Positions 21,942-31,310 of a stretch of 64,000 nucleotides of DNA are shown here, one piece after another. The notes below the pieces were generated by a model. That model had not been told where the DNA came from and did not search any database. It worked only from the letters and a program-made list of their open reading frames with translations. How positions within the stretch are numbered: position 1 is the first letter of the stretch; each line of letters begins with the position of its first letter. The stretch covers positions 480,001-544,000 of the forward strand of contig CAVZMH010000016.1 in NCBI GenBank assembly GCA_963776345.1, written 5' to 3'. The position numbers were made by a program, and so were the translations under genes. This stretch comes from an uncultured delta proteobacterium. Its GTDB lineage: Bacteria > Myxococcota > Myxococcia > Myxococcales > Myxococcaceae.

Positions 21942-23018
21942 ATGGCATTCGCCGGTGCACTGCTCGCCGTCTGCCTGGCTGCCGGAGGCGCGACGTGGAC
22001 GGAGGGCGACCCGGCCGCGGCGGGCATCGACCCCGTCCCCCTCCGCGCCGTGGAGGACCAGGCCCGCTCCGGCGCCCTGGTGAAGCTCACCGGGCTCCTC
22101 GTCGCCCGGCACGGGACGCTGGTCTTCGAGCGCTACTTCGGGGGCGCCGGCGCCGACACGCTCCTCGACACCCGCTCGGCGACCAAGACCCTGACCGGGT
22201 ACCTGGTCGGCGCGGCGATCGCGCGCAAGCTCCTGCGCGGCGTCTCGACCCGGGTGACGCCGTACTTCAAGGACCGGCGACCCTTCGCCAGCCCCGACCC
22301 GCGGAAGGACCGCATCACGGTCGAGGATCTCCTCACCATGAGCTCGCTCCTCGAGTGCGACGACTGGAACCAGTTCAGCCGCGGGAACGAGGAGCGGATG
22401 TACCTCATCGAGGACTGGGTGAAGTTCACGCTCGACCTCCCCATCCGCGGCTTCCCCTCGTTCGCCACCCGGCCCGAGGACGGCCGCTACGGCCGGAGCT
22501 TCAGCTACTGCACCGCCGGCGTCGCCACGCTCGGGTTCCTGCTCGAGCGCGCGGTGCACGAGCCGCTCGACCGCTTCGCGGACCGGGCGCTCTTCAAGCC
22601 CTTGGGGATCGACCGGCGCGAGTGGGCGCGCTCGCCGCAGGGAACCGTCCAGACCGGCGGGGGGCTCCGGCTCCGCGGACGCGACCTCCTCGCCCTGGCG
22701 CAGCTCGGGCTCGACCGGGGCCAGTGGCGCGGCGCCCGGGTGCTCGATGCGGCGTGGCTCGCCGAGTCCACACGCGCCCACGCGCAGATCGACGAGCAGA
22801 CCGAGTACGGCTACCTCTGGTGGCTGAAGGACCTCCCCTGGCGCGAGCGGAAGGTCCGCGTCGTCTTCATGTCCGGCAACGGCGGGAACAAGATCGGCTT
22901 CGTTCCGGAGCTGGACCTCGCCTTCGCCATCACCAGCAACAATTACGGCGCCCGGGGGATGCACGAGCAGACCGAGCGCGTGCTGGTCCAGCAGGTCCTC
23001 GCCGCCGTGCGTCCCTGA
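21942..23018 (+). CDS. Secreted serine hydrolase, beta-lactamase class C/NylB-like family
   Basis: Signal-like N-terminus, SATK (SxxK), ITVEDLLTMSS, FSYCT, YGYLWW and GNGG. Confidence 0.9.
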   Translation: MAFAGALLAVCLAAGGATWTEGDPAAAGIDPVPLRAVEDQARSGALVKLTGLLVARHGTLVFERYFGGAGADTLLDTRSATKTLTGYLVGAAIARKLLRGVSTRVTPYFKDRRPFASPDPRKDRITVEDLLTMSSLLECDDWNQFSRGNEERMYLIEDWVKFTLDLPIRGFPSFATRPEDGRYGRSFSYCTAGVATLGFLLERAVHEPLDRFADRALFKPLGIDRREWARSPQGTVQTGGGLRLRGRDLLALAQLGLDRGQWRGARVLDAAWLAESTRAHAQIDEQTEYGYLWWLKDLPWRERKVRVVFMSGNGGNKIGFVPELDLAFAITSNNYGARGMHEQTERVLVQQVLAAVRP

Positions 23019-23047
23019 GCCGGCGACGGCCGATCAGCGGGGCGGTG

Positions 23048-23713
<666 letters not shown>

Positions 23714-23792
23714 GGTCGCTGCTCCTCGCTGGTACGCCGCCCCGGGCCATGCGCCGCCCTCTCCCGCGAGGGGGGTGGCCGGGAAGCGGGGC

Positions 23793-23820
23793 TACATAAC
23801 AGCTTGCCGGGAGGCGTCAA
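23793..23820 (-). promoter_or_regulatory. Candidate sigma70 promoter of rplC
   Basis: Minus strand TTGACG-16 nt-TATGTA with an extended -10 TG. GAGGAG SD before the GTG start. Confidence 0.5.
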
Positions 23821-24386
23821 GGCGCGAGGAACCGCCCGAGGGCCTCGTCCAGCCCGGAGGCGCTGTCGGTGGGGAGCGCCGGTCCCTCCAGCCGGGCCTG
23901 CGGACGCCCCGACGCCCCGAGCCGCACCAGGGCCGGGACGGTGTGCATGGGCTGGCCGAGGACGGGCCCGGGCGGCAGCGCGTCGACGTCCACCTCGACC
24001 AGCCACCAGCCCTCGAGCACCGGGCGGTTGCTCTCCCGGGCGAAGGCGGCGTCGAGCGCCCGGCACGGCTCGCACCACGGCGCGCCGAGCGCCACCAGGA
24101 CCCGAGCGCCGGAGCGGGCCGCCTGCTGCGCGAGGGCACGGAGCCCCGGCTCGAGCCGGCGCGGATCCACCTTCACCCGGTGGATCAGCGGAGGGCGCGG
24201 CGCCGCGGTCGGTGGAGCCGCGGGGGCGCCGGGCGGAAGCTCCTCGGTGAGCGGCGGCGGCCCGGCATCGGCCGCGGTGAGGAGGAGGACGGCCAGGGCC
24301 GGGGCCAGTGCGCGGAGCAGGGCGCTCGCGGGACCTGTTCCGGGCGCCTCGGCGATGGCTGGTCCATGCGGCGGATCTCCGTGCAC
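23817..24386 (-). CDS. Exported thioredoxin-fold protein
   Basis: GAPWCEPC motif, TVPALV cis-Pro loop and hydrophobic N-terminal segment. Start uncertain. Confidence 0.75.
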   Translation of the reverse strand: MHGDPPHGPAIAEAPGTGPASALLRALAPALAVLLLTAADAGPPPLTEELPPGAPAAPPTAAPRPPLIHRVKVDPRRLEPGLRALAQQAARSGARVLVALGAPWCEPCRALDAAFARESNRPVLEGWWLVEVDVDALPPGPVLGQPMHTVPALVRLGASGRPQARLEGPALPTDSASGLDEALGRFLAP

Positions 24387-24471
24387 CGGGGCAGAGCTAC
24401 CACGAGCACGACGCGGGGTCCGTCGAGTCCGTAACGAGGGCAGCAACGAATGGTCGCTCGCGAGGTCTCAC

Positions 24472-24771
24472 ATGGACGGTCTCGACATCCAGCTGGAGGC
24501 AGGCGAGCACCGACTGGTGCTGCGGCTCACGGGCACGCTGGACGGGCGCACCGCCCACGCGGTGACCGAGGCGCTCCGGGAGCTGCCGCCGGTCCCGCTC
24601 ACCGTGGATTTTTCCCAGGTGCGCACCTTCGTCGACCTCTCGGTCAATCCACTCACCCGTGCGCTCCGGGACCGACCCGTCTCGCTCACGGGGCTGGGGA
24701 GACACCAGGCACGGATGTTCCGGTACTTCGGGCTCCGGACGGACGAGCCCGCGCAGTCCGCCGAGGCGTGA
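24472..24771 (+). CDS. Small STAS (anti-sigma antagonist-like) domain protein
   Basis: VLRLTGTLDG, TVDFSQVRTFVD and MFRYFGL. GAGG SD precedes ATG 24472. Confidence 0.8.
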   Translation: MDGLDIQLEAGEHRLVLRLTGTLDGRTAHAVTEALRELPPVPLTVDFSQVRTFVDLSVNPLTRALRDRPVSLTGLGRHQARMFRYFGLRTDEPAQSAEA

Positions 24772-24808
24772 GCGAGGCGCGCGCGGAGTAGACTGCCCCT
24801 CGCCAAAC

Positions 24809-25786
24809 GTGACCGCCCCCGCACTCCCCCGTTCCCCGCTCGCCGCCTCCGCCGCGCGCTCCCTGCTCACCCGGGCCAGCGATGCGCTCTGTCGCGTCGT
24901 CCGCGGCAAGCGCCCCACCGTCGAACTCGCGCTCACCACCCTGGTCGCGGGAGGGCACCTGCTGCTCGAGGACGCGCCCGGCGTGGGCAAGACCACGCTC
25001 GCCGAGGGGCTGGCGCGGGTCTGTGGACTGCGCATGGCCCGCATCCAGTTCACCGCGGATCTGATGCCCGCCGACGTCACCGGCGTCCAGGTGTTCTCGC
25101 CCTCGAGCGGCGAGTTCCAGTTCCGCCCCGGCCCGCTCTTCCACGAGCTGGTCCTCGCCGACGAGCTGAACCGCGCGCCGCCCCGGACCCAGTCCGCGCT
25201 GCTCGAGGCCATGGCCCACGCCCACGTCACGATCGACGGCACCACGCATCTGCTGCCGCGGCCCTTCGTCGTCGTGGCCACCCAGAACCCGCTCGACCTC
25301 GCCGGCACCTACCCGCTCCCGGACGCGCAGCTGGACCGCTTCCTGCTGCGGCTCACGCTCGGGCACCCGTCGCCCGAGGTGGAGGCGGAGCTGGTCGCCA
25401 CCCGCGGCCTCGGCGAGCCGGTCTCCTCGCTGGCGCCGGTGCTGGACCCGGAGCAGCTGCGCTCGCTCCAGGCGCGCGCTGCGACCATCCACGTCGCGCC
25501 CGAGGTGGCCCACTACGTGGTGGCGCTCGCCCAGGCCACCCGGGAGCACCCGGGCCTCGAGCGCGGCGCGTCCACCCGCGCGGTGCTCTCGCTGACCGCC
25601 GCGGCGCGCGCCCGGGCGCTGTGGGACGCGCGCGACTTCGTCATCCCCCAGGACGTGGCGGACCTCCTGGTGCCCTCGCTCGCGCACCGGGTGGTGCCGC
25701 GGGGCGCCACGCAGGGGCTCGCCGCGCGCGAGGAGGCCAGCGCGCTCCTCGAGTCGGTGCTGGGGTCGGTGCCCGCGCCGCGATGA
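24809..25786 (+). CDS. MoxR family AAA+ ATPase
   Basis: GGHLLLEDAPGVGKT, RIQFTADLMP, LADELNRAPP, ATQNP and LDRF. Confidence 0.95.
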   Translation: MTAPALPRSPLAASAARSLLTRASDALCRVVRGKRPTVELALTTLVAGGHLLLEDAPGVGKTTLAEGLARVCGLRMARIQFTADLMPADVTGVQVFSPSSGEFQFRPGPLFHELVLADELNRAPPRTQSALLEAMAHAHVTIDGTTHLLPRPFVVVATQNPLDLAGTYPLPDAQLDRFLLRLTLGHPSPEVEAELVATRGLGEPVSSLAPVLDPEQLRSLQARAATIHVAPEVAHYVVALAQATREHPGLERGASTRAVLSLTAAARARALWDARDFVIPQDVADLLVPSLAHRVVPRGATQGLAAREEASALLESVLGSVPAPR

Positions 25787-26742
25787 GGTCCCGGAGGGAG
25801 CGGCTCGCCCGAGCCTGGCGCCGGTTCTGGACGCCGCCACGGCGCCTGCGGACCACCCCGGCTGGACGGACCTATCTCGTCTTGACCTTCGGCGTGGGGC
25901 TCGGCGCGCTGAACACCGGCAACAACCTCCTGTACCTGGTGCTCGGGCTCCAGCTGTCCACCATCATCGTGTCCGGCATCCTCTCCGAGCGCTGCGTGCG
26001 CCGGGTCCAGGTGCGGAGGCTGCTCCCGCCCTCGCCCCGGGCCCGGACGCCCTTCCACCTCGGCTGGGGGCTGCGCCTGGGCAAGGGCCATTCCTTCGCG
26101 CTCGCGGTGTCCGAGGTCCACCCGCTCCTGGGCGCCTCGGTGGGGCGGCTGGCCTGGCTCCCGCCCGGCGAGGAGGTCGTGGTGCGCGCGGTGGCCACCG
26201 CGCCGCGCCGGGGTCCGCTCCCGCTCCACGCCATCCGCATCTCGACCACCTTCCCCTTCGGGCTCTTCGTGAAGAGCCGTGACCTCGAGGCCCCGGGCGA
26301 GCTCCTGGTCCTCCCGGGCCGCGTCCCCGCCCCGCCCGAGCCGCCCAACCCCGCCAGCGGGCTCGGGCTCGAGCAGCGCTCGGTGCGCGGGCAGGACGGG
26401 GGCGGCGATCTCGCCCAGCTCCGGGAGCTGCGCGACGGGGAGGACGCCCGGCGCATCCACTGGCGGAAGAGCGCCCAGCTCGGGACGCTGCTCCGGGTGG
26501 AGCGAGACGCCCAGCCGCAGCCACGGGTGGTGCTCCAGCTGGACGACCGCGCGCCGCCGGAGGCGCTGGACGGAACCTGCGAGGAGCTCGCGGCCCGGGC
26601 CGAGATGCTGCTCGCCCGCGGCGCGGAGGTGGGGCTGGAGAGCACCGGCGGCCTCCGGATCAACCCCGGGGCCGGCGCCCACCACTCCCAGGCCATCCTC
26701 CGTGCGCTCGCCCGGGCTGGCCACCGGGAGGCTCCGGGATGA
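25783..26742 (+). CDS. DUF58 domain protein (MoxR partner)
   Basis: ALNTGNNLLY, TTFPFGLF and LRELRDGEDARRIHWRKSA. ATGA overlap with moxR. Confidence 0.9.
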   Translation: MRSRRERLARAWRRFWTPPRRLRTTPAGRTYLVLTFGVGLGALNTGNNLLYLVLGLQLSTIIVSGILSERCVRRVQVRRLLPPSPRARTPFHLGWGLRLGKGHSFALAVSEVHPLLGASVGRLAWLPPGEEVVVRAVATAPRRGPLPLHAIRISTTFPFGLFVKSRDLEAPGELLVLPGRVPAPPEPPNPASGLGLEQRSVRGQDGGGDLAQLRELRDGEDARRIHWRKSAQLGTLLRVERDAQPQPRVVLQLDDRAPPEALDGTCEELAARAEMLLARGAEVGLESTGGLRINPGAGAHHSQAILRALARAGHREAPG

Positions 26743-28730
26743 AGCCTGCCCGGCTCCGTCTCGTGCTCCGGGACCTCGCCGCGGCCGCGGCGTTCTCGGC
26801 CATGGCCATCTCGGGCCAGGTGCCGCTCTGGACGGTGGGGCTGTTCGTCGCCGCCCTCGCGGTCGGGCTCGCAGGCCGCCGGCCGCTCGCCGATGGCAGA
26901 GTGAGTGCGGTGGCGTTGCTGGTGGCGGTGGTCGTCCTCTACGCAGCGGTGGTGCTGGAGGAGCTGGACCTGGTGGTGGCCGCCTGCACCACGGCGTCGC
27001 TCCTCACCGCCCAGCGGATGCTGTCCCGGCCGACGCCCCGGACCAGCGACCAGGTCCACCTGGCGTCCCTCCTGATGATCGCCGGTGGCGCGGTGCTCAG
27101 CGCCGACCTCCTCTTCGCCCTGTGCCTCTTCCTGTACTCGGTGCTCGCCGTCCTGTCGCAGGGCCTCTCGGTGCTGGCCGAGGCCGGCGGCGGCCCCTTC
27201 CCGCCGCTCCGGCGGGTCCTCCGTCCGCTCGCAGCGGGGGTTCTGCTGGCGGTCGCCGGAGCGCTGGCCTTCTTCGTGCTCTTCCCGCGCCTGTCGTGGA
27301 ACGTGGCGGCACGCCGTGGCGGGGCCTCGCTCGGGCCCGCGACCACGGGCTTCGCCGACGGGCTCCGGCTCGGCGGCACGGGGCTCCTCAAGTCCAACCC
27401 GCGGGTGGTGTTCCGGGTCCGCCTCGAGCCGGACCCGGAGACCGAGCAGCTCGACGCCTACTGGGTGGGGAGGCGGTTCGACGTCTTCGATGGCGTGGAG
27501 TGGTCCACGGCTGGTCGCCCCGGCTCGCCCGTCCGCCAGGTGCTGCTGGGGCGCCAGGAGCCGGAGCTGGTGCGCCAGGAGTTCGACCTCTTGCCGGCGT
27601 ACGGCAGCCGGACCCTGGTCGCCCTCGACGCGCCGGTGGTCTTCACCGACGCCGAGATGCACCACCCGACGTTCACCGTGCGCACCGAGCTGGTGCCCTC
27701 GGGCGACCGCGAGGTCCGGATCCTGGGGCCCTCCGAGCGCGTCACCTACCGTGCCCTCAGCGCGGTCGATCGGCGAGCGCCCCGGCCGCTCGACGACGTC
27801 GAGCGGCAGCGCCGGCTCCAGCTGCCGCCACGGCTCGACCCGCGGATCCCGGCGCTCGCCGAGGAGCTCGCACAGGGCGCGGTCGGAGATCGGGCCGTCG
27901 CCCGCCAGCTCGAGCACGCCCTCCAGACCCGCTACGCCTACACGCTCGAGCTCCCGGGGAGAGTGAAGGACCCCCTGGCGGACTTCCTCTTCGACCGGCG
28001 CGCCGGGCACTGCGAGGACTTCGCCGCCGCGCTCGCCGTCCTGCTGCGAGCCCGGCAGATCCCCGCGCGGGTGGTGGTCGGCTTCCATGGCGGGGAGCGC
28101 GCGGCGGGCGAGTACCTCGTCCGCGCCGGTGACGCGCACGCCTGGGTGGAGGCCGATGTGGACGGCTACGCGCTGCGGCTCGACGCCACGCCTCCGCAGC
28201 ACCGGTCCGCCGCGGGCACCGGCCTCACCGGCTGGCTGCTGACCCGGTGGGAGGCGCTGGAGATCCGCTGGCTCGATCGGGTGGTGGAGTACTCCCTCTC
28301 CGACCAGACGCGGCTCGCGCAGGTCATCCGCTGGAAGGCGGAGGACGCGCGTCCGGCGCCGGCCCCCGCCCGGCCGGACGGAAGCGTGGCAGTGGCGCTC
28401 GGCGTGCTGGGCGCGGCGCTGCTCGCCGCCGCGCTGCTCGGCCGTCGGGCGGCCGCCGGCGACGCCGAGGACCTCGGACGCGCGCTCCGGCGGCTGCTCC
28501 GCCGGCGCGGCCGGCTCGGCCCCGCCGGATGGCTGGATGGCGCGCGGGTGGGCGAGGCGGAGCTCGCGCCGGTCCGCGAGGGCATCGCGCGCTACCGCGA
28601 AGCGCGGTTCGGGCGCCGTCCGCTCGGGCCGGGAGAGGGGCGGCGACTGCTGCGGCAAGCCAGCCGGGCGCTCCGTTCGGTGCCCTCCCCCTCCGCTCCC
28701 TCGGCGCCGCCCCCGACGTCCGTGGCGTGA
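26739..28730 (+). CDS. Membrane-anchored transglutaminase-like protein (TgpA type)
   Basis: Multi-TM N-terminus and GHCEDFA...HAWVE...DATP catalytic triad. Confidence 0.92.
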   Translation: MKPARLRLVLRDLAAAAAFSAMAISGQVPLWTVGLFVAALAVGLAGRRPLADGRVSAVALLVAVVVLYAAVVLEELDLVVAACTTASLLTAQRMLSRPTPRTSDQVHLASLLMIAGGAVLSADLLFALCLFLYSVLAVLSQGLSVLAEAGGGPFPPLRRVLRPLAAGVLLAVAGALAFFVLFPRLSWNVAARRGGASLGPATTGFADGLRLGGTGLLKSNPRVVFRVRLEPDPETEQLDAYWVGRRFDVFDGVEWSTAGRPGSPVRQVLLGRQEPELVRQEFDLLPAYGSRTLVALDAPVVFTDAEMHHPTFTVRTELVPSGDREVRILGPSERVTYRALSAVDRRAPRPLDDVERQRRLQLPPRLDPRIPALAEELAQGAVGDRAVARQLEHALQTRYAYTLELPGRVKDPLADFLFDRRAGHCEDFAAALAVLLRARQIPARVVVGFHGGERAAGEYLVRAGDAHAWVEADVDGYALRLDATPPQHRSAAGTGLTGWLLTRWEALEIRWLDRVVEYSLSDQTRLAQVIRWKAEDARPAPAPARPDGSVAVALGVLGAALLAAALLGRRAAAGDAEDLGRALRRLLRRRGRLGPAGWLDGARVGEAELAPVREGIARYREARFGRRPLGPGEGRRLLRQASRALRSVPSPSAPSAPPPTSVA

Positions 28731-28811
28731 CGACACCGCCCGACCGGCGGCTCCATCCCGGGGCCCGTTGTCTTTCCTCGGTCCTCGGCTAGAAGGGTCG
28801 GCTCGCCCCCG

Positions 28812-31298
28812 ATGAACGACTCCGCCCCCGCCCGAGCGACCCCGGAGCCCGAGCTCTCCGCGCCGCTCGCCCCGATGCCGCGGGAGCTCACCGTCCGGGG
28901 CCTGGTGCTGGGGAGCGTCCTGGGGGTCCTGTTCGCCGCGAGCTCGGTCTACCTCTCGGTGAAGGTGGGCCTCACGGTCTCTGCCTCCATCCCGGTGGCC
29001 GTGCTGTCCATCGCGCTGTTCCGGGTCGCCGGCCGCTCGTCGGTGCTCGAGAACTGCATGGTCCAGACCACGGGCTCGGCGGGCGAGTCGCTGGCCTTCG
29101 GCGCAGCCACCGCGCTGCCGGCCCTGCTCCTGATGGGCTACGACCTGAGCTTCGGCCACATGCTCCTGGTGGCGCTGCTCGGGGGGCTCCTCGGCGTGCT
29201 CCTGATGATCCCGCTCCGGCACGGGCTGGTCGTCCAGGAGCACGCGACCCTCACCTTCCCCGAGGGAACGGCCTGCGCCGAGGTGCTGGTGGCCGGGGAC
29301 CGCGGCGGCACCACTGCACGCCTGGTCGTCTCGGGATTCCTGATCGGCGCGGTGTACAAGACGCTCTACGCGGCGCTGAAGCTGTGGCGCGAGACGGTGG
29401 GCGGGCTCCTCGGCTCGGTGCAGCGGCTCCCGGACGGCAACGTCGTCCGGCACGGCTTCCCTGGCGCCTCGGTGTCGATGGAGGTCAGCCCCGAGCTCCT
29501 GGGCGTCGGCTACATCATCGGGCCGCGGATCGCCGGGATCACCTTCGCCGGCGGCGTGCTCAGCTACCTGCTGTTCATCCCGCTCATCCACTTCTTCGGC
29601 GACGGGCTGTCCACGCCGCTCCTCTCGCCGGACGGCGCGCTGATCCGGGACATGGGGCCGGACGAGGTGCACCGGACCTATGTGCTGTACATCGGCGCCG
29701 GCGCGGTGGCGACCGGCGGGCTCATCAGCCTGTTCCGCTCGATGCCGGCCATCGTCCGGGCGTTCCGGCGGAGCGTCCGGACCTTCCTCGACGCGCGCCG
29801 CGGCCAGTCGGTGCAGGTGCCGCGCACCGAGCAGGACCTGCCGATCACCGTGGTGGCGGGCGGGACGGTGCTCCTCTTCCTCGCCGTGTGGTGGGCGCCG
29901 CCCTTGCACGTCAACCTGTTCTCGGCGGTGCTGGTGATGGTGGCGGGGTTCTTCTTCGTCACCGTCTCGGCGCGCATCACCGGGGAGATCGGCAGCTCGT
30001 CGAGCCCCACCTCCGGCATGACGGTGGCCACGCTGCTCTCGACTTGCCTCCTGTACCTGCTGCTCGGGTGGACGTCCCCGGCGGACCGCTTCATGGCGCT
30101 GACCACCGCGGCCATCGTCGGCATGGCGGCGAGCAACGGCGGCACGACCGCGCAGGACCTCAAGACGGCGTACATCGTCGGGGCGACGCCGAGCCGGCAG
30201 CAGATCGCCATCCTGGTCGGCGTGGTCACCTCGGCGCTGTGCGTGGGCCCGGTGCTCGCGGCGGTGAATCGCGGCGCGACCGCGACGGTGCCCGAGGTCC
30301 ATCCGGGCGTCCGGGTCACGCACCCCAGCGAGGAGCGCGTGGTGCAGCGGGAGTTCCCCTTCCGGCCGAACCCTGGGGCGCTCTCCGCGTCGACCCTCAC
30401 CGGCGAGGAGCTGTTCCAGCAGCTGTGGGGCCGTGGCCTGGAGGTCCGACTGGATGGCGACGGCGCTCCGGTCGCGATCCGCACGTTCCGTCAGGACCTC
30501 ACCGCCCCGGCGCTCGCCGGGGCGGAGGTCCGGGCCCGGGAGGAGCACCTCGGTGAGCCGCTCTCGGCCCGGACGACGCTCGGAGCGCTAGGGGCGGTGG
30601 GAGCGCCGGTCGAGCGACAGCTCCACGCCGGTTTCGTCCGCAACGACGCGCCGATCCCCACCGGCAAGTACCTGAGCACGGACGACGGGACGATCGAGTA
30701 CGTGGTGGACCCGGGCATCGGCGGCCGGGTGGACGAGGTCCACGGGGTCAAGCTCACGCGCTACGAGGCCCCCAAGGCACGGCTGTTCTCGCTCATCGTG
30801 GACGGGGTGCTGACCCGGAAGCTCCCCTGGGATCTGGTCCTGCTCGGGGTCGCGCTGGCCTTCATGCTGGAGGTGGCGGGCGTGGCGGCGCTTCCTTTCG
30901 CGGTGGGCGTGTACCTGCCGATCTCCACCTCGGCGCCCCTCTTCGTCGGGGGCATCGTCCGGTGGTGGGTCGATCGGCGGGGTGCCCGGCCGGAGTCGGA
31001 CGCGAGCCCGGGGACCCTGCTCTCCTCGGGCTACATCGCCGGCGGCTCCCTGGCGGGGGTGGTGATCAACCTCCTCCACATCCCCGAGGGGGGCTGGATG
31101 GACGCCCTGGATCTCCCGGCGCGGCTCGCCGGGCATCCCGGGTGGCTCCCCCGGCTGGTGGAGGCCCTGGGCGACTCGCCCCGGGCCCACCCGATCTGGT
31201 CGATCGTCTTCGGGTTGTCACTCTTCGGGGCGCTGGCGGTGCACCTCGGGCGGGTGGCGCTCCGGACCCGGGCGCCGGAAGGGTCGCATTCGGTCTAG
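28812..31298 (+). CDS. OPT family oligopeptide transporter with a soluble insertion
   Basis: ELTVRGLVLG, SASIP, LENCMVQT, FPEGTACAEVL, QDLKTAYIVGATP and FAVGVYLP. Confidence 0.93.
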   Translation: MNDSAPARATPEPELSAPLAPMPRELTVRGLVLGSVLGVLFAASSVYLSVKVGLTVSASIPVAVLSIALFRVAGRSSVLENCMVQTTGSAGESLAFGAATALPALLLMGYDLSFGHMLLVALLGGLLGVLLMIPLRHGLVVQEHATLTFPEGTACAEVLVAGDRGGTTARLVVSGFLIGAVYKTLYAALKLWRETVGGLLGSVQRLPDGNVVRHGFPGASVSMEVSPELLGVGYIIGPRIAGITFAGGVLSYLLFIPLIHFFGDGLSTPLLSPDGALIRDMGPDEVHRTYVLYIGAGAVATGGLISLFRSMPAIVRAFRRSVRTFLDARRGQSVQVPRTEQDLPITVVAGGTVLLFLAVWWAPPLHVNLFSAVLVMVAGFFFVTVSARITGEIGSSSSPTSGMTVATLLSTCLLYLLLGWTSPADRFMALTTAAIVGMAASNGGTTAQDLKTAYIVGATPSRQQIAILVGVVTSALCVGPVLAAVNRGATATVPEVHPGVRVTHPSEERVVQREFPFRPNPGALSASTLTGEELFQQLWGRGLEVRLDGDGAPVAIRTFRQDLTAPALAGAEVRAREEHLGEPLSARTTLGALGAVGAPVERQLHAGFVRNDAPIPTGKYLSTDDGTIEYVVDPGIGGRVDEVHGVKLTRYEAPKARLFSLIVDGVLTRKLPWDLVLLGVALAFMLEVAGVAALPFAVGVYLPISTSAPLFVGGIVRWWVDRRGARPESDASPGTLLSSGYIAGGSLAGVVINLLHIPEGGWMDALDLPARLAGHPGWLPRLVEALGDSPRAHPIWSIVFGLSLFGALAVHLGRVALRTRAPEGSHSV

Positions 31299-31310
31299 AA
31301 TCATGATCCG

